Assembly (NCBI GenBank): GCA_964016885.1
Contig: OZ024742.1
Location: 230,020,001-230,084,000 of the forward strand
DNA: 64,000 nucleotides
Direction of reading: 5' to 3'
Source of the DNA: Eledone cirrhosa
Taxonomy: Eukaryota
Each line of letters opens with the position of its first letter. Position 1 is the first letter of the stretch. Positions 41,076 to 52,870 of the stretch are shown in pieces. The notes under the pieces are model-generated. The model saw only the letters and a program-made list of their open reading frames with translations, searched no databases and had not been told where the DNA came from. The translations under genes were made by a program, and so were the position numbers.

Positions 41076-44000
41076 AAATTATGTTTGTTCTGATTCTTTG
41101 AAATGTAACAGGGATGGGATAATATACGTATGCATGATTTTAGTATGAATATTCAGCAAGTACACATGACTTGCCTAAGACATGTTGATTCCTTTTTAAA
41201 GCCAATTCTATTTTCGGAGCTTTACAATATGTTATTCGAAACATAGATTTACTCATGCTTATTCTCGCCCTGCTGAGTAATCGATGAGCTTCCATTTCCG
41301 AACAACGACTGGGTATTATGATATGACACATGCTACGAATGTTCAGGTAGGGAGAAGTGTGAGCCTCTCTCGACAGGAGCCTAGTACAGGTTGTTATTTC
41401 TCATAGGACGGTTAGGAAAGTATGTTTGAGGACTCTTCCCCCATGACCCTCCCACAAATAAGGTAGCGAAGAAGAAGAAGAAGAAGAAGAAGAAGAAGAA
41501 GAAATTATTATTTAACCCAAAGTTACCTAAGAAAACAACTGGCCAATTTTAGTTCCACACTGTGGAACTAAACCTAGAACCACGTAGTTAAGATCGAACT
41601 CCTTAACCACTTATAATGCTATATTGATAATTTGATTGGGAAGACTCGCTTGACCACTTGATAGATTGGAATATATAAATAAGGTTTCTATTGTTGATAT
41701 TATCTCAAAGTAGTGACGCTTGGCTGAATGATCTACGTGAAATAATGTATGGTGGCTAACAACAGAGCGTGTGGTCCTATCTGGGATCGAACCCATGATC
41801 CTCTGATCATGAGCCCAATACCTTATCAACTAGCTCGCAATGTATGGGAAGATATAACTCCCGGGGGAGTCGTAGGGGTATTTCTAGGGCATTTAAAAAA
41901 AAAACCTGGTGGAGCCCATCTCCTCTTCAAGCCTGAATACAACAGATTTCTTCTCGAGAAAGATAGAAAAAGGAAGTGGGAATGAGATATAGAGTAACAA
42001 TCGACTCCAGTACTTGACTGAAATGGATGAAAGGCAAAGTTGACCTCGGTGGGATTTGAACTCAGAGAGCAGAGAACCGAAATGAATACTACAAATTATT
42101 CTATCTGATGTTCTATTCCCCGCCTAGCTCTAAATGTAATGCTGAAAACATATTTGGTTTATCAAAATACATTAAATTGTCTGAATAATTAACCAACAGA
42201 CTTTACCTAGTATAGCATATCTGATGGTAACATTGCATAGATTTATGGTTTTCGTTTAATTTTCATATATGTTTTACAATGATAGGAGACACAAATCTAT
42301 ACGTTAGAGTGAGAATAGGACTTGACTAATATGGCGTTGGTATTTTTACTGTTTTTGAGATATTTTTATTAAGATGCTTTTTTCTAAAGGCATTTAATTT
42401 AATTCCAGATAAAATTTTTACATATTCAGTTTTCATAGAGACGTGTTAATGCTGTTAAATTGTGTGTATAGTAGTAAGTTGTAAGTCGTACATTACATCG
42501 ATTTCGTTCTCATTAACACTGATTTTCTAAGAGATTGACTTCAATGGAAGCATTTCCTCTACACATTATATCCATTAATCGCTTGTGACAGCTATATTGT
42601 CGCAGATTGTATCATTACAACTAATATATACGTATGGTCGGACGTAAATGTCTCCGATAATCGACCCAATTCAACCATCTTCAAATTCTCTACCGTTATC
42701 GTCTACATTCATTCAATCGTTCGTATTTGCCAAAGATTTAATACAATTTTCCCTCTTATCGTATCCTTTATTTAATTTAATTTATCTGTATATCATCTTC
42801 TCAAACCAGAGTAATTTCTTTTGCTGTAAAGACATATTCTATATAGAGTGGATAACTCAATAATTAATTTATTTATTCTTATTTCTTTTATTTTTTGCTT
42901 TATGGATATATAGTACACAATAACTGATTGAGTAAATGGAAGTCACAGTTTAGTATCGCTTCTCATATTTCACAATATCACTATATATATAAGTGAATAT
43001 ATTGCATGTTCTTAATATCCATTTTCCTAATCCAATACATTTTTATGTATTTGCTGTTACTTAACACTATCAGTATGGTTTTACAAGCGCAATGGAGTGC
43101 CAGAAACTCTATTATACTAGTACAGTCTCTTATGAATGTAGGATAGCGATATAGAAATAATGCGTGTCCAAACTATATCGGGGAAAAATAATATATGTCA
43201 ATATAATCAGTGATTGTGCTTTCATTGCAGGTCAGATTTCAGTGACATACATATATATTTTACCTGTTGTTTAAGCGGGGGTCACATCTAATTGGTAAGA
43301 TCTATGATAAAATGTGTTCTAGCTATGACTAACATATTGTTATTGTATATCAACTATATTCGAAGTGCTCATTTTATAAATTCAGTAAGTTGTGATTTGA
43401 TAGAATTCGCCTTTTATTTTTAACGGGTCCAGCTATACTACTTTCTTTCGAGATCAAATATCACTGATTTCAACTTTGCATTTCGTGCTTCTGTGATCAA
43501 TTAATTAAGTATCAATGAACTACTTCTTTTGATATAATACACTTTATCTCTCCAAATACAGAGAGAGGTGTGCTTAGGCTAGAAATCCCTATACCCACTT
43601 TTTATGTTATTTTGGTCCCATGATCTCATAGGCATCCCAGTTATAGGGTTTAAAACCTAGAACACATTTTTCAAAACCTATAAATACCGCTAAAACCGCT
43701 TTGAGAATAGTATTTTTACTACTTTCTAGACATATTAATATTTACCGACTTGGAAGGCAGTGAATTGGCCGAAGCGTTAGAACTTTTGAAAAATGCTCTA
43801 GCTATAATTTACCGTGTCTTTATATATTGAGTTCAAAACACGTTGAGGTCAACATTGCCTTTCATCCTTCCAGGGTTGATAAAATAAAGTACCTGTAATG
43901 AATCGGGGTCAAATTATTCAATTTTCCCTTCGCTTCAAATTGCTGGTCAGTCAAGTTATCGGGTTGACTTAATTACATTTGTATTCTCCCTAATTTTACA

Positions 44001-46859
44001 GACCTTGTGCCTAAATAAGAAATTAATATTTACCCAATTAGAAAGGTGGTGTATTGGCAGAATTGGTAGATCGTTGGATACAAAATACCATTTCTGGATT
44101 TGTTTTATCTATTCCTCTTCTGAGTTCAAATCCCACCAGAGTTAACTTTACATTTTATCCTTCCGGGATGAATAAAATAATGTATCAGTTAAAGTACTGG
44201 CGTTGACCTAATCAACGTTTCCGTTACCAGTATACTTACCTTTGAAATACTCAACCATTTACACGTTAATTCATGAGTTGAACGTTCTGTTGGCCAAACA
44301 ACTGAATGCTCATCGTCGAAACCGACGGTTGATCCACCCTGATTCGTTTTACAATGAAATATAGTGGTTCTTGAATCTTCACGGAATAACTAATAGCAAT
44401 AGGCTCTACCCCACAAAATATATATTACATTCTCGCACACATTTTGACATTTTCGATTACTTATCACACAGTAATTTATATCCCAAGTGATACAGTGTAT
44501 TAATTAACTGATTGAATTATCTACAACAGAAGAGATTTGCTAATATATTAGATATTTTCATTGAAATAAAGATCAGTAAATTATCATTGGAATAACGAAA
44601 AAATTAATGTAGTCCATTGAATACACATTAAAAGTGCAGGAATAATTTTATCGAGAATATCATCAAAAGTTGATGTTGCATCATGTAATAATTTGATTAA
44701 AAACTAACATCTTTAAATCATAATTTCTCTGATGGCTATGAACTATTTTATATTTCAGACGTGTATAATAATGCATATCAGAGCTCCATATGAATCACTC
44801 GACTGGCATAATTACCATCCATTAGAGTAAAGTGTTTTCACTTAATAATCTACTACAACGGTTTATCTTCTTATATGTATAATTTCAATTTGATAAATTA
44901 AAATGAATCATCAATCTAAACACGCAATAACTTGTATTTAAGTACTGAAGAAATTTCTATTTAGCTACTAGAGAACTTTCTATAGAGCCACTGGAGAAAT
45001 TAAGGTGATTCACGAAAGAAGATAATGTAAAATGAATATTATAACATTCGTTTAAAATACCGATGTTATTATAAGACTGCTATAAATCTCATTTCATTTC
45101 AGCCGATCTTCCGATCGAACCAAAGAAACGAACTCATACCAGATGACTCGCTCCATGGTCACTTTTCATAAATCATATTCAGTTTTCAGTCTAGAGTCTT
45201 ATCGATATATGCCAATATAGTTAGTGGTTATTGTACTAAGGTTATTCTGACCATGTGTTGGCAGCCAAAACCCGAAAAGTTGACATTATTTCTCTAGGAT
45301 GTTTTCACTCAGTGATATGCCAATCGTAATTATCATCATAACTTACCAAGAATATGGAACTTCTTAAACATTACAGTATAGTGTACATAGTGGAATATTC
45401 CACAGACCTTTGTAACATTAAAATAATCTTCAACTAGTATCAGTGCAATAATGTATATACTGACAAGCTACAATATGAGAAAATTATTTTAGAAGTCATG
45501 TTTCAACGGAAAGCTATAGAAAGGTTTACTCGTGAAATGATTTACGAATAGGGGACCTCGTGATTACCATTGCAAATGTTTTAATCATTATTACGACATG
45601 ACTTCGCCAAGAGAAGGTAAATGTTACTTACCAGCTGACGCGTTTCCACACCATTGACTTCATATCAAATCACAACTAGTCAAATTGTTTGATTAAGTTG
45701 ATTAGGATTATGGTTTCTACCAGCGCAATAGTGTTTCTTCCAGCATCATTTTCATTCTTTGAAGGTTTTGAATTGTACTTCCCGATGACATCTATTTGCA
45801 GCTATCTGGAAGGTGTTAGTGTAAATTAATTGCATTCTGTTATACACTGTGCTACACAATGTACAAATCGGCAAAATGTTGTTAATTCTTATCCTAAATA
45901 TTGAGCAATGTAATCAAACTATTGCATTAAATACGTCTCTAAATAAATTCGATGCGAGCGAATTTTCTTTTTACGTGTTACACTGTAGTTTAACCCAGTA
46001 CTTAACATATTTCTAATGAAAGACACTTGTTGAAAGGAGTTGAAAATAACCAAGAATGTGGAAGGATTTCGTAACATAACTAAATTCCTAATTATCAAAA
46101 TGGTTAATGATACATGATCTCCTGGTCAAGTTCTATCACACAATCTAGCTACTTGAACATGAGATATCTTCTATAACTTTCATACATTTACTCGGAAAAT
46201 TTTCCACATTACATAACTAACGATGATAAAGAATGTTTTGGACATCCGTCGGTTCCGACGATGAACGTTCCAGAAAATTCATCATTGACCTAACTTGCTT
46301 GTGAGATTAATAGGAAATTGACTGAGCAGTCCACTGACAGGTACAAATATTACGAGATTATGGCTGACACAGTGATTGTGACAAGGCCGGCTCTTTGAAT
46401 TACGCGTACAGTGGAGTGACGTGGAGCAAGAGGGATCAGGTATTGCTGAATGAAACGGGGGAAATAAACCCACATCAGTACGATCGTGAGTCGAATACTT
46501 TAAGTACTAAGACACTCGTCTCCATAGTTAAATGTAGTTCTCAAAGTTTCAAAACAAGTATATATTGATGTAATTTCATGATTCTAATAAACAAATTCAT
46601 GATTTATATGTTATAGTTGGTTTCGTTTTCTTATGTTGGAGAAGGGGATGGGGACTAAGAAATTCGCTTTGCACCTCCATGATTTCAGGTTCAGTCCCAA
46701 TACATGACACTGGGTCAAATGTCTTCTACTATAGCCTCGTGTTAACCAATGCATTATGAGTGAAGTTTAGTAGGCGGAAACTGACGCCCGTCATGTTTAT
46801 ATATTTATAATATATATATCCCGAGCTGATCAATATTGAATCAGTTGTAATATGCAATA

Positions 46860-47070
46860 AAGTTTCATAACAAGCTGAAAATCTGACCTCCATCTCAACT
46901 CTACTTTTGAAAAGCAGAAGTGCTAAACCGGTAAAGGAACCAAATAAATATATATAAAAAAATAAGACTCCAGTTGCATTTTCGATTTCATCTTTTTTTT
47001 CTTTATACTTTCACTCGTGTAGGACACCTCGTTTATTTTTCAATATGTAAAAAGACCTCACTTTCTAATA
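46860..47070 (+). mobile_element. PLE-type terminus (UUGAAAA family)
   Basis: Reverse complement of 56393-56600; ends in (TA)n. Confidence 0.7.
46904..46936 (+). ncRNA. Minimal hammerhead, U3-A8 core, G12 mutated
   Basis: CTT-TTGAAAA-GCA(GAAG)TGC-TAAAC(CG)GT-A-AAG; palindromic ACCGGT stem III. Confidence 0.55.
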
Positions 47071-47085
47071 TATATATATATATAT

Positions 47086-47340
47086 GCTCGTGGGGGGTGC
47101 TTGGTTGTTCCAGCACCTCAGCCTCGCCGTCACCCAAGGTAACGCTGCGAGCGTGTTGCCTTGCCTAAAAACATTATTAGAGAGTTTTGCCAGTGCTCCT
47201 CGCGATATTGTCATCTTTTGCTCTGGTAGCTGCTCGTTTATCTACCCCTTTTGTCTGCCTTTTGTTGTATGTGGGCATAGATGTATGCATTACATGGTTA
47301 TGTGATTTTCTCTGTTTTTTTTTACTTTCCCTTTCCTTTG
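47086..47340 (+). mobile_element. 3' end of a CRE-clade (RLE-type) non-LTR retrotransposon
   Basis: Translation AWLFQHLSLAVTQGNAASVL matches the CRE C-terminal FQRLSxAxQRGNA motif; begins right after (TA)n and ends at TATATATT. Confidence 0.6.
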
Positions 47341-47363
47341 TATATATTATATTTGTTTGGCAA

Positions 47364-47550
47364 GGGATTGGCAGTATCGGTAGAGGGTCTGACGCCATGC
47401 TTTGCAGCAAAAAAGTTACGGACCTTTATGATCTGAGTTCAAATCCCGCCGTGGTTAACTTTGCATGTCATCCTTACGGGGTCGATGAAATAAAGTACCA
47501 GTAATACACTAGGATAATTGCTAGCCTTGTGCCAAAAGTAGAGACAATTA
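47364..47550 (+). mobile_element. SINE family A
   Basis: Consensus match. Confidence 0.8.
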
Positions 47551-48146
47551 TATTATTATATTTTTTTTTACAAATGTGAATAAACCTGTAACAACAAATG
47601 AATTAAAAAAAATGTTAAACTTTGTGAAAAATAAGTAAATAATATGTTGTATTTGATTTTATCCCCCCTTTCCAAATGTATCGAATGCTGATATCATGCT
47701 GTTTGTATATGTGTGTTTGTGTAAATGTATGTGTGTGTCTGCCTGTATGAATATATGTATGTTTGTGTGAAAGTATGTGTATTTGTGTGAATGTATGTCC
47801 GTGAATGTGTACCCTTGTAAATGTCTGTCTTTGCGTGATTATAGTTATATACTCATACATACAAATGTATGTGTATGCACATACACACGTGCACACACGT
47901 ACACATACACGTCAGCGTGTTGAAAAAAATCTTAATATCTTCATCTTTCTCTCTCTGTCTCTTTATGTCACATTGTCACTTTATCTATCTGTATCTCTCT
48001 ATATATGTATGGTAGTTGAAGAGGTTGTGGTGGTGGTCGCGATAGACAGGAAGCGTCAAAATTTGAAATTTTTAAAAGAAGTGAATCTTGAAATAAGCAA
48101 TAAAATTAAAATTTAGTACATAAATTATGTAATATTCATTCATTAT

Positions 48147-48332
48147 TGGATTGGTAGTATTGGTAGAGGGTCGGATGCCCTGCTTTGACGCAAAGAGTTA
48201 CGGCCCTTCCCATTCTGAGTTCAAATCCCACCGAGGTGAACTTTGCCTTTCATCCTTACGGTGTCGATAAATTAAAGTACAAGTAATACACTGGGTAATT
48301 GCTGGCCTTGTGTCGAACGTAGAAACAATTGC
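48147..48332 (+). mobile_element. SINE family A inserted in an older repeat (empty site at about 3735)
   Basis: Flanks 48067-48146 and 48333-48400 are contiguous at 3637-3812. Confidence 0.8.
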
Positions 48333-48652
48333 TTATTCAAAGTAATAGAACTTATTTTACTAACGGGATAAAAAACAGTCCCGCACTCCTTCCTTTTTAT
48401 AGTAAGATATATAATTATATATATATAATTATATATATATATATCGTTTCTGAATTTGTTTAGCAAGATTCTTTATCTGAAAACGTGTGTTGAAACCGAT
48501 ATTGTTATACTTTGGGAGGGTCATGTTGCCAATAAGAAACACACGCACCAGTTGCTTTCACTTCATTTTATTATAATAAATTTATAAATTTAGGAATTTA
48601 TAAATTTCCGGTTGGTTGCTTGGTTCCACAACCAGATGATTGTTTATATATT

Positions 48653-48695
48653 GTCAAAGTTCTTTCGTCACACATTGTGTGGCTTCTTCAGTGAC
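48653..48695 (-). ncRNA. Type I hammerhead, CTGAAGA plus extra A
   Basis: GTCA-CTGAAGA-A-GCCACAC(AAT)GTGTGAC-GAAAG(AA)CT-T-TGAC. Confidence 0.6.
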
Positions 48696-49076
48696 TGGGG
48701 ATTCTTTTCTTTGTTTTTGTGCCTCTCTTTTGTTCTGTCCTACGCCATCTTGTTTTTGTGGGTGTTGTGTGCTTAGTTTGCGCATGTGTTACATCCGGGT
48801 GTATGTGTGTGTTTATATTTGTTTATTTATTTGTTTATTTACATGTTACTGGTTGGTTGTTTGTTCTATGTGCGTGTGTGTTTTCATTTTGTCCTTAATT
48901 GTAAGTTGTGATGTTGCTGGTCCAACGTAAATAAACAAATAAATAAACAAATATAAGCACACACAGACACCCGGATGTAACACATGCGCAAACTAAGCAC
49001 ACAACACACACAGAAAGAAGATGGCGCAAGACAGAACAAAAGAGAGGCACAAAAACAAAGAAAAGAAGAATCCCCA

Positions 49077-49119
49077 GTCACTGAAGAGGTCACAGAATGT
49101 GTGACGAAAGAACTTTGAC
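49077..49119 (+). ncRNA. Type I hammerhead, CTGAAGA plus extra G
   Basis: GTCA-CTGAAGA-G-GTCACA(GAATG)TGTGAC-GAAAG(AA)CT-T-TGAC; CUU triplet. Confidence 0.7.
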
Positions 49120-49265
49120 ACTATATAAACAATCATCTGGTTGTGGAACAAAACAACCAGCCGGAAATTTATAAATTCCTAAATTTATAAATTTATTATA
49201 ATAAATCGAAGTGAAAGCAACTGGTGCGTGTGTTTCTTATTGGCAACATGACTCTCCCAAAGTAT

Positions 49266-49351
<86 letters not shown>

Positions 49352-49354
49352 TTA

Positions 49355-50930
49355 TTTAGGTTTGAAAATTCACCACTGGTTAGAGCTGATCAATTCTGTA
49401 TGGTCAATCTTGATGTAATAATATGGAGAGTACTCAACGTAAAGCAGTTCAACCGTCTTCGTTTGTGTAGTTGGTGGTGCTAGTACGGAGTTAAATATTA
49501 TAATGAAATGACAGGAGACTGGACTTGTGTAAATCCTTGAAAGGTTTATTATACTATGATCATTTCAATGACCGGGTTCCGTATGAATCCGGTGATATCA
49601 TCAGGTATTCGAAATATAATAAATGAATGTAACAGATAAAATCCATGGGGCTGAAAATCATAGACCCGAGGACGACCGACCATCTAGCATCTTCCACTTT
49701 AGCCGGTCGCCCTCAAGTGCTGCCCATTCGGCCTACTTAAAGCTATCTGGTGAGGTGGCTAAAGCTTATAGTGTGCTACTAACCTCCCGGACAAAGAGAA
49801 GAAAAACAGAAAGAAAGAGGAAGAAAAGTCAGCGTTAATGTCATGCTACAAGAAAAAAGACAGAAAGAAAGAGGGAGAAAAGTCAGCATTAATGTCATGC
49901 TACAGTCAGGCCAGGAATTGCCGCGGAAAAAGTTATTCTAAAGGACCCGTATCTTAACAGAGGTATATATTATAACAGAGGTATATATAGTGGGGGTCTA
50001 CATAGTATAATGTGTGAACAGAAGACTGGAACGTTAAATTTTTGTTTAGATTTATAGGATGAAGTTAAAAAAATTAAAGATTAACATTATAAAGTTAAAA
50101 AATTAGAAAATTGAAAATTAAACAGTTAAACATTTTTTTTTAAGGTTTTGGGTTGCGAGGTTTAGTTAAAGAAAGAGTCTTTTATGAAGAAACTTTAATT
50201 GTATTATAGAGATCCTCGATAAGTTATCCGAGTGGGATGTAGAGTAAAGATTATGTCCTTGTTTAGCAGACAAACAGCAAGCGGCGACTACAGACTCCGG
50301 CCAGCCCATCCTAACCACGTGTCAGCCATTCCGAGTGAGATCGCCTAGCGAAAGATATAGAAATCAATTTTTTCAAGCACTCTAGGAATGTATTCCAGGC
50401 TTCAGGTGTGCTAGTGGGAAGTCAGCTATCGTCGTTAGGCCATCGTTATAGCAAACGAGTACTATTAATTTACACAGGAGGGGGATTTGTTTAAGTAGGG
50501 GGAGGCATGATACAGCTAATAGTTATGATTAGGCCTAGAATTTAAAGGTACTATATGGCAGTCAAAAAACGGCTGTGCGGCGGGCCCCGAGGCGAGTCAA
50601 CCGCTCTGAGTAATTTCATTTACCGAAAGAAGGGGAAATTTATTTTTTCCAAGCACTCAAGGTAGGCATATGCACCAGGAGGCCGGTCCCGCAGCCAGGA
50701 AAACCAACCCAACAGTTCGACAGAAAATTGGAGCGTTAAACTTTTGTCTACATTTATAGGATGAAGTTAAAAAAATTAAAGATTAACATTATAAAGTTAA
50801 AAAGTTAGAAAATTGAAAATTAAACAGTTTAAAAAAATGTTTTTTTGGGGTGGCGAGGTTTAGTTAAAGAAAGAGTATTTTATGAAGAAACTTTAATTGT
50901 ATTATAGAGATCCTCGATAAGTTATCCGAG
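49355..50930 (-). mobile_element. PLE-type 3' region with hammerhead and internal direct repeats
   Basis: HHR at 49551-49608; about 200-bp direct repeat at 50031-50234 and 50733-50931; short tandem duplication at 49805-49905. Confidence 0.6.
49551..49608 (-). ncRNA. Type I hammerhead ribozyme, canonical core, palindromic stem III
   Basis: ATAC-CTGATGA-T-ATCACCGGATTC(ATACG)GAACCCGGTCAT-T-GAAAT(GATC)AT-A-GTAT; AUA triplet. Confidence 0.85.
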
Positions 50931-51602
50931 TCGGGTGAATGGTAGTTTTCCCCAAAGCTCTTTCCATTGGCTTGGGCCTCGAAGAGGAAATTTCTAGATC
51001 CCAATCCCATCTTCATTATATATATATATATCTGAGTTCAAATCCCGCCAAGGTTGACTTTGCCTTTCATCCTTACGGGGTCGATAAAATAAAGTACCAG
51101 TAATGAACTGGGTAATTGCTGGCCTTGTGCCTAAAGTAGAAACAATTATATATATATATAACAGAATAAGTTTATTGGAAAGACTCCCTTCGGTCACGAA
51201 TGAAGATGGGATTGGGATCTAGAAATTTTCTCTTCGAAGCACAAGCCAATGGAAAGTGTTTTGGGGAAAACCACCATTCACCCGTGCAAACCAGTCCCCC
51301 TTTCCATTTCACTGAGGTATTGTTGTTGCATGTTCAGACATCAAAGTTGATCCTGTGGAGCTGATATGCTAGGTATGGCCAAAGCTCTGCCTCTACAAAA
51401 CTGAACTCAATGAGACCAGTGGTTGAGTTCCAGTCTGCTCTTCGAGATCTTGCTCATCATACCTATCAATCATGCAGAAAGCAGTAGAAAAGTTACCATA
51501 AGGGCGGTGCCCCAGCATGGCCTCAGCCGGATGGCTGAAACAGGTAAAAGAGTAAAAGAGTAAATATATACATACATCTATACATATATACACCTATACA
51601 CG

Positions 51603-51633
<31 letters not shown>

Positions 51634-51806
51634 AGATTTACATATACATGAAGTCACAGATATATATGTGGCAACCGGTCACGATGTGGCTCAATGAAGA
51701 ATTAATAAATTAAATAATCAGAGCAATATATCATAAATGATGTCCTTAGAATTATTAGATAAAATATGGTATATATTTTATCTAATAATTCTAAGGACAT
51801 GATTTA

Positions 51807-51933
<127 letters not shown>

Positions 51934-51938
51934 TTACA

Positions 51939-51980
<42 letters not shown>

Positions 51981-52009
51981 TGCGTGTAAGTATTATGTAT
52001 ATATGTATA

Positions 52010-52200
52010 GGCGGTGGATTGGCAGTATGGGTAGAGGGCCAGACACCATCTTTTGACGCATAGAGTTACGGCCCTTCCCATTCTGAGTTCGAATCCCGCC
52101 GAGGCCAACTTTGCCTTTCATCCTTACGGGGTCGATAAATTAAAGTAACAGTAATGTACTCGGTATTTGCTGGCCTTGTGCCAAAAGTAGAAACAATTAT
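52010..52200 (+). mobile_element. SINE family A, full length
   Basis: GGCGGTGGATTGGCAG...GTTCGAATCCC...AGAAACAATTAT. Confidence 0.85.
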
Positions 52201-52254
52201 GTATATATGTATGTATAGATGTATGTATGTATGCATGTATGTATCTATGTATGC

Positions 52255-52765
52255 TCGCTTTTCAAGCCTACTGGTAACATGTAACGCAGTACAACCTGTG
52301 CATAGTCGGGTCATCGGTGATGAAACAGGCAACTCCAACATGCTTGCTTGTTGAGGTGGGTGATTTTGAATGTCTCGCGTGATGAGAAACAAAGCCCAAC
52401 AACGGGCTGAAGGACTCAAGAGAGTCAACGGCTATCCAATAAAGTGTTTTATTTTTTTGTGGAGCGAGAGACTCCTAGTCTTCATTAAGACATCCCTGTC
52501 GCGGAAGGTCACTCTGATATAAAACCTGTGACTTCGTTGGCATCCAATGTTGTAGACCAGTTCTACCTTTTAGTCAAATGCCTTCGATGTTCAGAGAGCG
52601 GGATTCGCTTTTCCTTACTTAAAAAAGATTCAAGCATGGGTATTATTTAGGATGTAAAGTATTGCTGGCTATAGGCATGTTCCTAGCATGACTAAAAAGA
52701 CACGTCCTTGACTAAAACGCCACGTCATGCTTAAGTATCAAACGATGGCATTGCTCAAATTCGAG
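52255..52765 (+). mobile_element. Older, diverged RTE derivative copy
   Basis: CTACTGGTAACATGTAAC...CAGTACAACCTGT head; colinear with the young unit; (GTAT)n tail. Confidence 0.7.
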
Positions 52766-52870
52766 TATGTATGTATGTATGTATGTATGTATGTATGTAT
52801 GTATGTATGTATGTATGTATGTATATATGTATGTATGTATGTATATATGTATGTATGTATGTATGTATGT

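Larger units (their letters stand above)
48445..49270. mobile_element. Head-to-head inverted PLE-type termini, each with a hammerhead
   Basis: 48927-49270 is the reverse complement of about 48500-48843; (TA)n on both outer ends. Confidence 0.8.

Noticed and set aside
48474-48510. TAT-CTGAAAA-CGTGTGTT-GAAAC..GTT-ATA hammerhead look-alike (also at 18352-18390)
   Set aside because: C3-A8 mismatch, no real stem II, and antisense to the better HHR of the same element
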